A stretch of 62,530 nucleotides of DNA, filler included, from Sphacelaria rigidula (GCA_964200075.2; 9 parts of 9 records of this genome joined end to end with filler, not necessarily neighbours in it); one strand, 5' to 3'. Numbered from the whole stretch's first letter, positions 1 through 13,659 are shown. Numbers and translations are program-made. Notes: generated from the letters alone by a model not told the origin.

Positions 1-483
1 ATGGTAGTAACCGTCATCGACACGGGAATCTAACGAGAAAATCATACTTTTAAAACGGTTACAACGGGGTCGAATCATACCCAAAACCGTGATGTTTCGG
101 TGATGTCGGGTGTTGGCGTCGTCTAATTTTTACTGATGATACGCACGAAAGACTCAGGGAGCCTCGTGACGGTGTCCCTATCTATGTTGTAGAAAAGCTC
201 AGATCGCCCTCAAACTCGGTAGTTCCGTAGGTATTGATACTCAAGATAAAAATTGTATTCTTGACAATGTATCATGTGTTTCTCCATTCTCTACCGTGTT
301 CCGGGGGTCCCAGTATGAAGACCCGCGGAAGGCGGTAGAGAATGCCCGAAAAGAAAAATAATGAAATGATGCGTCCCGGGAGAGTCCAAGGAACACATAT
401 ACAAAGTTTGGTGGAGAAACTCGAAAACCTCATACACTTTGTTTTGCCTCGACGTCAATTTCACCCCAAAAGACGTTGCAATA

Positions 484-1065
484 CTAGAATCAAGTAGTTA
501 GGAGTTGCACGTCTCAAGCCCACATCCTCCACAAACGCACAAACTTTCACGCTGTCATTAGGAGTTAGATCTTGAAACTACGCATAAATATGCTATGTAT
601 CATTACGCAACTTTCTACGGACGATGGTTAATTTACTTGTCGAGGTTTTCGCCGTTTTTCGGGGGTCCGACGGGATTGAAGTCATTTTTCGAAGTAGCCT
701 CCATCCATTCTGGGACGCCAGAAAAACGGCACTACGATCTTGTTCTTCATTTTTTCGCGAATTATCTGCCTCCGCATAACCCAAGGATGGGCCCCATGAA
801 TGTTCGTCGCAAAACTCGATCAACTGATGCTTGGATTTCCTTGTTCACGTCAAAGAAGGCCCAAAAAGGCCGTTTTTTGTACTAAAATCAAGTCGTTTGC
901 GGTTTCACCGCGGCACGGCTAAGTTCATCGCACAAAAGCAAAAAACCTCACGCCGTTCTAGGGAGTTAGACCCTGAAACTTTGTACAACTGTGCTATGGT
1001 TCATTACGCAACTTTGGATGAACATGATTTTGTTTTGCTACAGTTTACGGGGTCCGATTGGGTCG
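484..1065. repeat. Degenerate direct repeat, about 400 bp period
   Basis: Matching motifs at about 400 bp offset: CTAGAATCAAGTAGT/CTAAAATCAAGTCGT, GGAGTTAGATCTTGAAACT/GGAGTTAGACCCTGAAACT, TCATTACGCAACTTT twice, GGGGTCCGA twice. Confidence 0.55.
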
Positions 1066-4000
1066 AGGTTTCCCCCAACAAACTAGGACCCCGGAAAAAC
1101 GGTACAAAAGTCAAGAAGTGAAGGAAAAAAACGACCTTCGAAAGTTGCGTAATTACCCATACAACATTCGTGCAACAACTTCAGGGTCTATCTTCTTCAA
1201 ACGGCGTGAGGTTTTGCCGATGAGTGTTTTTCGGGTGATGAAAGTGAACCAGCCAGCATTCATTGTCCATACCAAATTTCAGGGTTAAACGCTGAATATT
1301 GGCCAGTGAATGGGCCTACAAAACACGAATTCGCTTCTCGGCTGACCCAACTCGTACACACATGGGGTGGGATTCAAGCCATGGTGACTGCTGTGTTGAC
1401 AGCATTTGGTCACATTGCTAAAATCTCCGAACGTACGTGGCGCAATGTTTCGTCCAACATACATCGGTTTCGTTGGCGCTTTTCAGGCAACGATTTTTAT
1501 TATGTTGAACCGGTAATGTTCAGATGATGAAGGGAATCTACGATACTTGTCTTGTCAAGTAGGTCATTTTCATCATGACGGGTTTCATAGAAACAGTTCG
1601 TCAAAGCCGCTGCGTAGTAAATACCTAAGGTGATCACGTACCAGCGGTATTCATGTGCTCATCAGTGTGTGCACGGTACGTGGCGACTTCTGTCCCCAGC
1701 CCCTCGCTGGCAGCCATGGCTTGAGGGAGCACGCAGGTGTAGTACAGTGAACTCTACCATTGCCTCATCCCTCAGTCGTCGCGCCGGTGCCGTTCCTGAT
1801 GTATTACTCGCTTGTGGTGTGTGACAGCAAGAGCTCAGGGGAGGTCGGAGACTAGACGATGCACTTCAAGTCTGGGTCGAGATAGGAAAACTGTTCATTT
1901 GTTTGTCTCGCCATCTAACCCTTCCCATTCCTCGGGAAGGTCGGGACGAGTCAGTGGTGTTGAAGGAACGATGCGTCTCCCTCCGAGTACGTAGATCGTA
2001 AATTGGATACTAAGATCCAGTCATTTCCGCCACTAAAGATCTGAGCTGCGGCTCTCACGGTGAGAAGTGCAGAGAGGCATAAGTTACTGGGCAGGATTTT
2101 CTAGAGAGTGGAACGGACCAAACCGAATGAATTTGATCTTTGCCGGCTTGGTCACTCGTCCACCGCAGAGCTGTTTAGTTCGATACCAACCAAAGAATGA
2201 AACAACAACATATAGCTGTACACCCTGCTAACGCGGTGGGTTGTATAAGAGCCACAGATCCTATGGAGACGGTACAACGTGAATGTTCGATTGGATGTCT
2301 TCATTTGCTTAATCCTACATCTTCGCCACAGACAGTACAAGGAAATATTAACAAGAGAACTCAGAATATAGCACCCGTCAGCTTCAAGGAATGCCCAACT
2401 GTACACTACGGCAGTGCTGCCACTCCACTCGACAATAGCGGCATAGTCCTACGCAGTTCTCGTACCCTATCTGCTTCTATGCGTGTCTATTCCGAGTTCA
2501 TTCCATAACCATCGGGGTCACAATTGACTCACTCACAACGCGAAGGTGATTACTTCGCTACAGTGCAGGTCGGGCATGGGCATGCCAAGAAGCCATGGTC
2601 TCCCGCCGTAGGGCACCAAAGGCTCCAAATACCGCGGAAAGCACAATAACTTGATTCGACCACGAATTTACCGCGTGTCTTGTACCACAGCGATGCTGCG
2701 ATATTCATCTCCTGCACGGGCAATCACGGACCGGCGTGGAATGTAGTGGTATGGCCACCAAAGTACTCGATGATACTGTTCTTTTGGCATTCGTCGACAT
2801 GGAGCAGCGCGCTGTGTTGAGCTGGCAGAGATGTGAGGCATGTCTTTCAGTCGCAAATGCTGCCATTATCGACACGCATGGAGCAGTGGAGGGTCGCGCA
2901 GGATGACATGGGCCTCGAAGTCCACCCACTCTCGCAGTTGTCGGGAGTGAGGCCCCCCGGTGTGCGTGCTGAGGCTGCATGTGTTTTTGGTCGACTTTGC
3001 CTGTGTGTCTTGTCAATTTTGTCAACTTCGTAGGTAGGATTGTTGGGCTACCGGGGCTTAGCGTGTCCGTCCTTGCGTTGCGAGGATATCTGGGTATGGG
3101 TATACAAATATTTTATCGTCTGCGAAGTTTCTGTTCAATATTGGCGCACCACCCATGTGCAAAAAATGATGACACGAGATACATCACGCATATACTACAC
3201 CAACCGCCACAGGTTCATGATATATCTGCACAGGACACACGGACGGGTTCATGGAAGAAGAGCACCCAGAGCCCCTCGAATACGATCCATTTTCAAGATC
3301 TTCACCAGGGTCTTTGAAGGCCACTTCAAGTACCACGAAGACGCCGAGTCGGAATGACAACACGCCGCAGAGTCAGAAAATGTTATAGCAATCAGACATG
3401 ACCCCCTTATTACATGTTTGTATCGTGTTCGGGTCTACCCTTTCCAGTACTTCACTCAAATTCAGTCACAAAACTACTTCTGTCTCAGCAACACCGAGGG
3501 AACACAAGCCCCCTCTCCCTTCCTGTGCGCCGCACAGTATTACATTCGAAGATGGGGTATGCGTACAGTCCGGCCGCCCGGAGGCAACCGAAGGTGTTAA
3601 CTAGCCATAGTGGAAACGGTAAATATCTATGCTGATTGGTATTATTTACAAAGTGTACCACACATCCAGCATAGCAACGACAACGCCCCCGACCAACATG
3701 GTAGGTGCAGTAGTACAAATGACAACTACAATTGGATATTGGTCTGTCCCAGGTGCTGTGGGGCATGTGACGCACAGCAGGGTAAGTAATCAAACTTTCA
3801 GCGGCGGGCCTCGTTTCGGAAAAATATTTCGGCTGATAGTCCCCCGGGATATGTGGAACCATATACTTGAGATTCAAACAACGTACAGTACAGATAGTAC
3901 GGTGCTGTCCTGCCTGAGTTGGATGTCGAAATGGTAGTCTGTTTCCTGTCACAGCACTCCAGCGGTCTGCCGACTTTAGATACCGCTACCATCGTGCATG

Positions 4001-6465
4001 CGGCGGCGCAAAAGAGATGAGGAGTGATATCGACCCCAGCCGTTGCTTGCCTGTGTTTTACTTGGGTGACGTGTTGTGGAACGAAACGTCGACGGCGACC
4101 CACTGAGGGGCGCCGGTGCAGAATACAGGACACGACACGACGTGGTGTTCTTCGTTATCGCTCTTATCTACTCCAAGTTGCGCTAGGGGCTGTCACCAAG
4201 CACTCGCCCACGAGCCTGCGGCTGCACTGCTATCAGTCAGGGTCAACCGGGCAAATGTGAAGCTGGATGCACGTGACGGATCTGTGCGCGATTCCTGCGT
4301 AACCGCCGGGGTCAAGACGCGATATTCAGATAACAAGTAGGATGCTATTTTGTGATTCTTGTAGTTGATAGTTATTTCCATATCACCCACTTACTCCCGA
4401 TAACACCCCATTCCGCAGAAATCCGGCGTCCCGAACCCTTCACTTGCATGATATCACGGGGAATCGGCTGTTTCTCACATTTTCTTCGGGTATCGATGTA
4501 GGGTCCAGCTGAGGAATCCTTAGTCAAGAGCTCATTCTCATCCATCGCGACAGTCGAAGTTAATCATCTAGTGGTCGAACCACCCCCTCCCATGGTCACC
4601 AAGAGGACTGACACACGAAATCTCCTCATGTTTTTAGCCGCTCGCGCACCGGCGATCCCTGAGTGGTGAAGGCATTGTTCACTTGCGTAGGCTGGTCGAC
4701 GAACACGAAAAAAGACGTTTCTACCGTGGCTTTTCAGCATTGTGAACAGCCGGCGAGGGGATGGGGACGGCCGCGGCGGGCTGGCTTGCGACTGGTAGGC
4801 CCCGTTGCCCGGGCTCCGACTGATCGGCCGCTCCGTTTACGATTCTGGACCACGGTAGCCAGAAACAAGGTGATCGTGGTGCGTCTTGTGTTGTTCTGCG
4901 AGACCGTGCATTGCTGTGCTGTGCCCGCACAGTGTCTACACCAAAAGAACAGGTCATAGCCCGGACCTGCAACCCTTACACACGACCCCCCTGTTCCCTT
5001 CACGCCGCGGCAATCACTTAACCGGCCGGTAGTAGCGGGGCGGTCAGACCCAAAACCGAAATCCTGGAGGCAAGACATTCATCCATCGACAAGGACAAGC
5101 TGATAAGTGAAGAGATTCACGCTATAGCGTGTTATGGAGCACGCGACATGCACAAGTGAAGCGCAGTCAAGGTTGTATGAAGGTACGGACCAGGGCCATC
5201 AAGAGAACAACGATTCGGCGTATGCAGACGACTTGTATTAGAGCGCAGTCATTGTCTGGGATTGAATTAGTCGGAATCGGTCACTTTTCCTAGCAGACCA
5301 TACTGTTCTGTTCTGCACTGTACCTGTCTGTCTGTGGAACACACTGCATCTGATGAAACAACAAATGACGACGTATATCACCCCCTCTGTCGGCATGAGT
5401 TCTTGATCGTCCCTTATCTCGAGAACGCGGGTCCTACATTTCTCTGCCAACTTGCACCATCAAACGAGATCGACAAATATCGTCAAGGCCCCATCCTTTC
5501 ATGATATCGCCACAGCAGGCCTTTGGTCACGAGAGACCGAGCAGTTTATCGCATGCGGGTGTTATGGTCCGCCACCCGCTACACTATACTACCTCACAAG
5601 GAGGGGCTACAATTGGCCTCACCCACGTACGTAGCGCGTCCAGATGGGACAGCGACGTGAATTTCCCGTGATCTCCAAAACGTTCCACGCTAGCATCAGG
5701 TATCTCTCCTTGACAGCCCCCAGCCGATATCCTCCGCTTCGGCTGCGCGGTGGGTGGAGTGTCGTTTTGGACACAATTTGATGCGGAGAATGTGCACAGT
5801 GTTGCTCCCGGGGTTAGTGTCACGTTTCCCACCACCACCCCAAAAATGAGGACGCGACGGAATTAAAGAAGTGTAGAGAGGGTTATATTGCAACGAAAGC
5901 GATACACAGCTGTAGTATGTACCTGAAAATACCTTCTCATCGCAGCCTGGCTCAATTCAACCTGGTAAAGCTCACAAACCGGCGATGGATACCCCCCGAA
6001 AAAGTTGTTCCTATTTGTACAAGCAAAAACGTCATTTTCCAACATGCCCGTCCTTCACGCGATCAAAGATTACTCTCTACTGACGATCATCAAAGAGTCG
6101 AAACTTCACAGGCAGATACAACTAACACCTAGCGGTCGTTCAAGCCTTAGCAGGCACCGATTTCGTGTCGAAATAGTGCAATATCTGCATAGGTGATCTT
6201 CACTTCATCTCTACTTTTAATTTTGCGACACGAATGTTGGCCGCCATGAAAAAAAAGACTGGTAGGTCACGTGTTCCTACACAGAGCAATTTGATTTGTG
6301 TCGATAGCTGCCGTGTGCGTCGAGATACTGCCATCTCAGCGAGGGGTGTCACAGTACAACATGTGAGGTGCGACATAAAAACCCACCGGATCATACGAAG
6401 GTGGTCTCCAAATCGAGCAGGTAGTTTCGAGCTGGGCCAGCCTAGAGGCGGATTTGGAGTTTGCA

Positions 6466-6734
6466 GGCCCTTGCTCTTTTATACATTAAATGATTTAGAG
6501 TTGAGCCCTGAAATTTGGTATGGACAGTGCATAGGGTATAAAAAAAAAAATTCCTGAAGTACCAAAAGTTTTTTTTTTTCATGAGTTAAGAGCATTTTGG
6601 TTATACCTGAAAAACCGATTATTGCCCTTAACTCATGAAAAAAATGGTACTTCAGTGATTTTTTTTTTATGCCCTGTACACTGTCCATACCAAATTTCAG
6701 GGCCCAACTTTGAATGTATAAAAGAGCATGGGCC
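6466..6734. mobile_element. Foldback/MITE-like hairpin with arms of about 110-125 bp
   Basis: Left arm GGCCCTTGCTCTTTT...CCCTGAAATTTGGTATGGACAGTG...TCATGAGTTAAG is the imperfect reverse complement of right arm CTTAACTCATGA...CACTGTCCATACCAAATTTCAGGG...AAAAGAGCATGGGCC. No TSD recognised. Confidence 0.7.
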
Positions 6735-8406
6735 TATCAAAAACCGGGTCGGTGGAAATTCGGAACAGTATTTCGCAGGCCACTCACCGGCCCACGTTTG
6801 GTTTTCGTGTATTGAAATTTGGTGTGGGTGCTCTCTAAGGCATAATTAACGAAAAAAGTNNNNNNNNNNNNNNNNNNNNNNNNNNNNNNNNNNNNNNNNN
6901 NNNTTAATTAATTAANNNNNNNNNNNNNNNNNNNNNNNNNNNNNNNNNNNNNNNNNNNNATGCTCCCACTAAAACCCCCTATCAACTTGGCGCAGTACAC
7001 GCGCCGCCCTGCTCTCGAGAGCTTCGGCCCTAGAAGAGGGAAATTAGCACTACTATTAGCACTAATTTTGTCCAAGGTTCCCGCCGGGGGTGGTCATGTT
7101 CGAGGGTTGCCTCCGACTACAACTACCGTCAGGTGAAGCCAGGCCAATTACCCCTCGACAGCACGCAGGTGTTCCCCACGAGTACGAGCCGTATTTGGCA
7201 CGTGTGTGACGTGTAATGGACACTACATACAGATGAGACGAAACGTACACTTGGGGGAAAAGAAATAAGGGGGCAAAAACAATTTCGGTCCTCCGGGGGG
7301 GTAGGGGGGGGGGTACATAGGTGTGCGAGGTTTGTTTTTTCGTGCACCCCTGGCATCCCTTCAAATCTTGAGACACTCGCGTACATATCAGGACGCAAAC
7401 GGCGGTAAAATGCGAGGGAAAAGAGGTCTACGGGGTTACAGTGTCTTTATCGCCTGTCATGCAGCGCTGTTCTTACCTCCAGCTCGTAGCCGAAAGTCTG
7501 TGCGGCATCCGTCATGATCTTTTTGGTCACCTCTCCCGGACCCCGAACCAGCAATCTTCCCGGCATAGTGTCCGTAGGCAGCACGGATGGGAGCAGTGTC
7601 GGCCCCACGTACACCTCGCCGCTGATACCATACTGCTGGCAAAGGTAAAGCATGAGCACACGCGAGGTCGGGGTCATTGGTGTGAGCTTCATCTGGCACG
7701 TCAGATATAAGTCGCGAGTAATCAAATCTGATCCGGTACCTGCACATCGGCCAAAGACGCGGACTAAGGATCGCGATACCTCGAGCAAGCATTTGGTTTT
7801 TCGGGGGCTAACCTTGAACATCCCCGACATGAAAGCCTTTTGGAAGGCCCTCTCCATACGGCCCTCAACCTCGGTCGCGAGACCGCGGTTGTGGAGGAAG
7901 AGCTCCGTGGGACGACCAAGCTCGAGAGCGACATCCAGTAGCTGCGTGCTCTCCACCCCGATACCCATCACGGCATCTCCTGGCAGGGTGAACCTGTCCG
8001 ATGACAGTACGATGATCCCGACGTCATCAAAGATTCACCACAACCAATCACTGTGAGGAGCATTCTGAATTTGATGATTTCCGCTCGAAGCTTGGCTGAG
8101 ACTTGTCCCAACATGTATTACCACGTGCATGCCTGCCTCGGATCTCTCTGGTATTCCCGACCCCCCTCCGTTTGACAAAAGCACAACATCCTGAAGTGAC
8201 ACACATATATATGTGCGTGTTTTTGGCTACAACGCCTACAATGACGTCGAATCATCTCATGTCTTTCAGGGCGCGGCATGTTCCGGCGCCACCCGCCCAC
8301 CGGAAGTGAAGTTTCCACTAGGATTGTTGAAAGTGTATATTGTCCCACATAGGAAGGAGGATACGGGCTCAGATATTATGTAATCACCTGTTGATGAATG
8401 TAGTCA

Positions 8407-8699
8407 CACGGGTGGCCACTGGGGTCTGTAACCTGGCCATTTCTGGACCTTATCCACCTTTGGTAAGGTCCGCGGGTTGGGTAGACAACTGAAGAGCATT
8501 CGCACAGCATGGACAGGATCGAAACAAAACATGTCCCAGTCTATAGGCGGGTGACTCCCCTGTAGACTGGAACATGATTTGTTTCGAAACTGTCCATGCT
8601 GTGAGAATGCTCTTCAGTTGTCCATCTAACCCGTGGACCATACCAAATGTGGATAAGGTCCCAAAAAGGCCAGGTTACAGACCCCAATGGCCACCCGTG
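8407..8699. mobile_element. 293-bp near-palindromic MITE with CACGGG termini and a probable 2-bp TSD (CA)
   Basis: CACGGGTGGCCACTGGGGTCTGTAACCTGGCC ... GGCCAGGTTACAGACCCCAATGGCCACCCGTG. The arms pair to a loop of about 11 nt, and CA flanks both sides. Confidence 0.85.
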
Positions 8700-11688
8700 C
8701 AGTACCCGCGGCGGTAAGGAATTGACAGGTGCCCCAACAGGCCCGCGCTGCTTGTACGCTAGCTTGTCTTCTGGCCCCCCGCCCATCTTTCGTCAGCATT
8801 CCGGCACTTTGCCTTTGCTCTTTGTGCCGTAGGGATCGGCGAAGGTCTCCCTCGGGTTTACCATGAATGTTTTGTTGTCCTCGCTCGGTTTCTTGTGTGC
8901 TACCATGATGCCCTCCATGTGAGGGTCAAAATGATACTTGTCGTGTTTCTTTCGGCAGCCTCCGTGGCGGCTGGAGCACTCTACCAGCACGTACTCGTCT
9001 TCGACTACCATAGAAGGGTCGTCTTCGATCGCGCCTGCGTAGGGGTGCGCGCCGCGGGGGATCGCTGCGACGATGGATGTTCAGGGGGTGCAAGCGGAGA
9101 ATGAACATCACCACAGGACGCGGTATCAGAGCAATGAATGATGTAGGAAAGCGCCGACGCAATGTGACGGACTCAACGAAGCACGTAATTTACCCTATCC
9201 GCTCTCGTGTCGCGGATACCGACTCAGATGTGTCCACCTTGTTTTCAGCAACATCGAAATCATGGTTTTGCCAGTCACGAACCGTGCAGATCGTAATACC
9301 TTGGATACGATGCCCGTGTCGATTCCAGGGCCGCCGGACTGCAAAGGCGATGTTGCCCATCGGATGCAAGACTTCCAGCGCTTTTTAGGGGAATGGCCTA
9401 AAGTATCGCTTGTTGTCATCGTTTGTCGTGCTCAGAATTGGTTTCTCGACATCGATGAAGACTATGATGAACCTCGGCGGTCTCTTCACATGGAGTGGCT
9501 CTTGTTGGTCGGTTAGAGTTCAGTCGCGGCGGAGTAGATTATCCTCGTGTATACTCGTGTGACGAGCCCTGTACAACATCACGTCGCAAGCACGCAACAG
9601 CATCGTCAGTTTCCCTTCGTTGCGCGCTGGTCGTCCGCATGTCACGGGGTGTAGCTTATATTCTCCGAGATAGCCTTCTTGACTAATGCCGAGATAGCCC
9701 CCCCACAAGAAGTGCACGGGAGACGGTCCGACAAACCGGCTGCGATCCCACTATTGGGCTTGTTTGGAGCAATGCCGCATACATGAAAGGCTTGTAGCAG
9801 TCCGAAATCAGCTATAACGCCCAAATAAGTTGCGTCGTGGAACAAGAAACCAGCTCTGATGGCATTTATGATCATCGCCTCCGTGCACAGTTTTGGCCGG
9901 TCTGGGGGAGGGGCTATCTCGGCAGCAGTCTCTCCCAAGAAAATAGTTGGTTGGGGGGGCAAAAACCTACACGTTAAATCGATATGAAAAAATACTCTGA
10001 TATTGAGCAGTTTGGAATATCAACGCTTCTGTTTGTTCTCGCCCATGTCGAGTAAACAAGGCCCTTCATGCACTCTGAAATCGAACATCATGCGGTGGAT
10101 AGCCATTGTTTTGGTGGCGGTTCTGGGGTGGCGTTGGGATGGGGGCTAATTCGGCGTAATTCTTCAGCGTGCGTTCCACTACGGTGGCTCGGCTGGCGGC
10201 TGTAGCGTCAGGCTTCCAGAGTCGAGCAGTGCGCGAGGTTGATCGAAGTCTTCAACGGTTACCAGGATCATACCCAACGCTTTCCCCATCATGTATAACT
10301 GGAGGTGATATACATGTGGTTATTTTCGGGTTCTGCCGTACCAATGGCGGTCAGTATTACCGTGCGCCGTCGTTCCTAAGGGCCGAGACTCAGGGAGGGT
10401 ACCTACAAACGGCTGCACTTGACAGTCCCAGTGTCGCATGTCGACCGACTTATACATTTTGTCACAACCATCGCCGAAAGAAGCAATCTAAATGAGCTCC
10501 AGTTGATGACACAGTCTCCACAACGGCACCGTATCCTCGCACCTTCTGCTTTTCACGATGGGACCGGCGGGGGGGAATAATTGCCCTGCTTGTGACGATT
10601 TCTTCCCCTATGTTTAGGTTCCCCTCCACCTCCGACCCCGCCAGTTGTGTCCCCTTTCCTCTTCTGGCGCCCCGGCTCGTCCTCGCAGACCAGGCAAAGA
10701 CGCTGCTTCCTCTCGGCAAGGGATGCATCCTCGGAGATAGGCACATGCAGCTCACAGAAGGTCTGGTGCTTCATCCCCCAATGAACGCAATGGTATCTGC
10801 AATTGCGAGGACGGCATGATAGGGGTCAAGCGGTTAGCGGTGTACCAGGCAAGCGTTTTGGCAGGGTGATTGCTGTTTCAACCATTACACGAACCGTTTT
10901 TGTGGTCGGCATTGTACTCCGCGAGGTCGACTGGTTTGCTCGGCATCGTCGAAATGGCTCGCATTTCGGTTCATGCTATCCCTTCTTACCTGACGTCTGA
11001 TGATGAGTTGCACGAGGGGCACAATTTGTCCTTGTCGTCGTCTTTCTCGCCGCCCGCATTCGCCAACTTCAAACGAGCGATGGTGCTGTTGACCTCGTCC
11101 CACTTCTCCCTCCAACTATCGTTGTACCGCCTCAGCGCACCTTTTCGTGATTTCTGCGAAAACGGGTCGTGATTGAAAGTGTATGTAAACAACCTCGTGG
11201 GAATGTTTCAACTTTTTCCCGATCACGTTGCTGGATGATCGGAGATTTATCCTTGTGCGCATGACTCCGCAATGACTGGCATGCGCCAATATCGCGCGTC
11301 ACGAGCGCGTTCTGCGTGATTTGGAAATATATATCACGGCAGCATGTCCGATCCACCTTACATGTGTATCGCCTTGGCGACCAATCGCCCGAACTACTCA
11401 CAATCCAACATCAAACTCTTGACTTCTGTGCGTAGATAACGTACCAGGTCCAGCCGTTGATGGAGTTTACCCAAACAGACATCCTCGAACTCCTTCATGG
11501 TTGCTCCGTTCCGTTCTTCCTTGGGCAGGCTTGCCCGTGTCTCTTCTATGCTGTTGTCTACTGATGTGATAAAGTTCGTGAACGTGCAGCTTGAAATCCT
11601 TTAGCCCGTACCTACCGCGGGTCAACTCGTGAGCAACCCTGGTCGCGATGATGTTGACAGAGCACAAAATACATCCCTTGAGCGTTAC

Positions 11689-12260
11689 TACACTTTTACC
11701 CCTCATGCTAGTAAAGTCATGTTTCGATGCTAGTAATTTCACAAAATATTATGCTCGTTGAGTGCAATATATCCTCGAACTTTCACAAAATATATGCTCA
11801 ATTTATGCTCGCAAGGTGGGAGGTATGCTCGATTATGCTCGCAATATCCAGCAAGCATGCCATTTTCGACCGGATGCAGACCCAACGATCACTATATGCA
11901 TATTATACATACATATATGAAGTGAATAAATATACATATATGAAGAGAAACAAAAAACTGAAATGAGACCGGCAGTTTGAATGACTGGTTCCACAATTTT
12001 CATGTATTTCAGACCCGGCCGCGGTCGATGATAGCAGAGTTTGATCCCAAAATATCACAGCAGGCCGACATTCAGACCAGTGTTACCAATCCTGCCAGAT
12101 AATTTATGCTCGATTATGCACCCAATATGGAAATTGTTCTCGATTTCGCTACTTGATGAAACGCTATGCTATTCATGCCACCTGCTGAAACGCTATGCTA
12201 TTTATGCTTCCAAGGTGGAATTATTCCAGAAATTGTGCTAGCATAAGGGGTAAAAGCCTA
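11689..12260. mobile_element. hAT-like non-autonomous element (MITE) with 8-bp TSD
   Basis: TIRs TAcaCTTTTACCCCTCATGCTAG / CTAGCATAAGGGGTAAAAGCCTA. Flanks AGCGTTAC (11681-11688) and AGCGTGAC (12261-12268) match at 7 of 8. Subterminal TATGCT(C) repeats. Confidence 0.8.
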
Positions 12261-13659
12261 AGCGTGACAAAAACATGTGCTGCAAACGCAATCCTTATTT
12301 TCGAAGTACTGTTGCCTACGACAACAGTTACGGTCCACCTCAGTCGACGCACGTGTTACAACTCATGCAAACTTAGTCTTCGAAGACGTCGGTCAATGCC
12401 TCACGAGGGATCTGCCTCTCGGAACGCTCCAGGAGGGTTGCGGCTGTTTGTGCATCCGTGAAGATACGTTCCCAGTCATTCGCTGTAGAATTTGTCTTGT
12501 TCGCCATTTGGAACCTTTCGGCAACGCGAATATTCAATGTGTGCTGTGAAGAGTACATAATAAGACATTTCACCCATTAGATGCTGCATGACGGGACCAA
12601 GGGAAACCATGTCTGACGGAACTGATAGTGTTCCACCCAACGGCAATTCTGTCTGGTGCTCTCCTTTTCGGATGTCTTTCCACGGGGTCTTGAGTGTACA
12701 AGAATTCGATGTTGATAAGAAACATTTTCGTCTGAAAACGGTCATCACCGCTGATGTGCAATGAGCAGGTTTCATGATCCATGTTGAGCGGAGTGTGATT
12801 AGGGGGCGGCCGCTCGAGCGCGTTTCTCGACTATGCACGGTCGACCCCTATGTTTTTGTGGGCGTCGGGTTCGGATGCGTTACACTACGCATCGTACGTC
12901 GAAGTCCCGAGCGGTTCATCCTGGCGCGACATGCGGTAAATAATGTTCGTGGGATTGTCGGGTCGCGTTAGACAGATAGTGTATACCTGATGAGCATGTT
13001 GATCGCGATGGCTTGGGCCTGGGGTTGATAATGCAGATCCGCGTACTGCTTGCTTTTGAGAAAAGCCAGGGAGGTGACTCCTGAGTCGACGCCACAGTTA
13101 TCGTATTGAAACGCCCAAGCGATGGCCTTCATCGCTTCTAGCGATGTCAAAACAACCGCCTTTTTCCAATGCCGCAGAGTCGTCATGGACGGGATCCGCA
13201 CATGCAGCTGCCGGTTTCAAGAGGGGGCGGGGATACCGGCACGCATTGACGGACGATGGAAACATGTGTTACTGACGAGCATATCTGTTTTCGCTTGGGC
13301 CATCGTCACGCGATTCAAGTTACCTCACGCGCGCTGACAGAGCGCAGTGAACGAACAATATGGAGTTCAGGCGGACAAAATGACCGGGGGTAATCCAACA
13401 CCATCAACCGTTCTTTGGTATCTTCATTGGAAGTGTACGGAAACCGTTGGCGTAAACAGTAAGGGTAAGAAATGATCGAACGAAGAAAGCGATCCACTGA
13501 CCCCAGATGCGAACCAAGCGAGCTCAATCCAAACCACACACAAAAAGAGCAACTTCGACTGCAATACGCGAAAATAACGGCAACAATACGAGCGATGATA
13601 GCATTTGTCGTGACACCGCGGCTGCGAGGGTGTTCATTTGGTTGGGGGGGTATACTCAT

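Larger units (their letters stand above)
7447..13201 (-). pseudogene. Decayed multi-exon gene or transposon-derived coding remnants, product unknown
   Basis: Series of minus-strand coding-like segments (7447-7971, 8793-9011, 9642-9962, 10986-11192, 11467-11688, 12373-12838, 12968-13201), several ending at GT donors. Contains in-frame stops and two MITE insertions. No family recognised. Confidence 0.3.

Noticed and set aside
1600..6200. Protein-coding genes in contig 1
   Set aside because: Only short ORFs without recognisable motifs or a consistent splice chain.
6904..6915. TTAATTAATTAA as a biological motif
   Set aside because: It is identical in all eight N-flanked spacers and is an artificial six-frame stop linker.
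9121..9132. tRNA-Met primer binding site (CGGTATCAGAGC)
   Set aside because: The first base mismatches TGG, it is not preceded by an LTR CA end, and no retroelement ORF follows.
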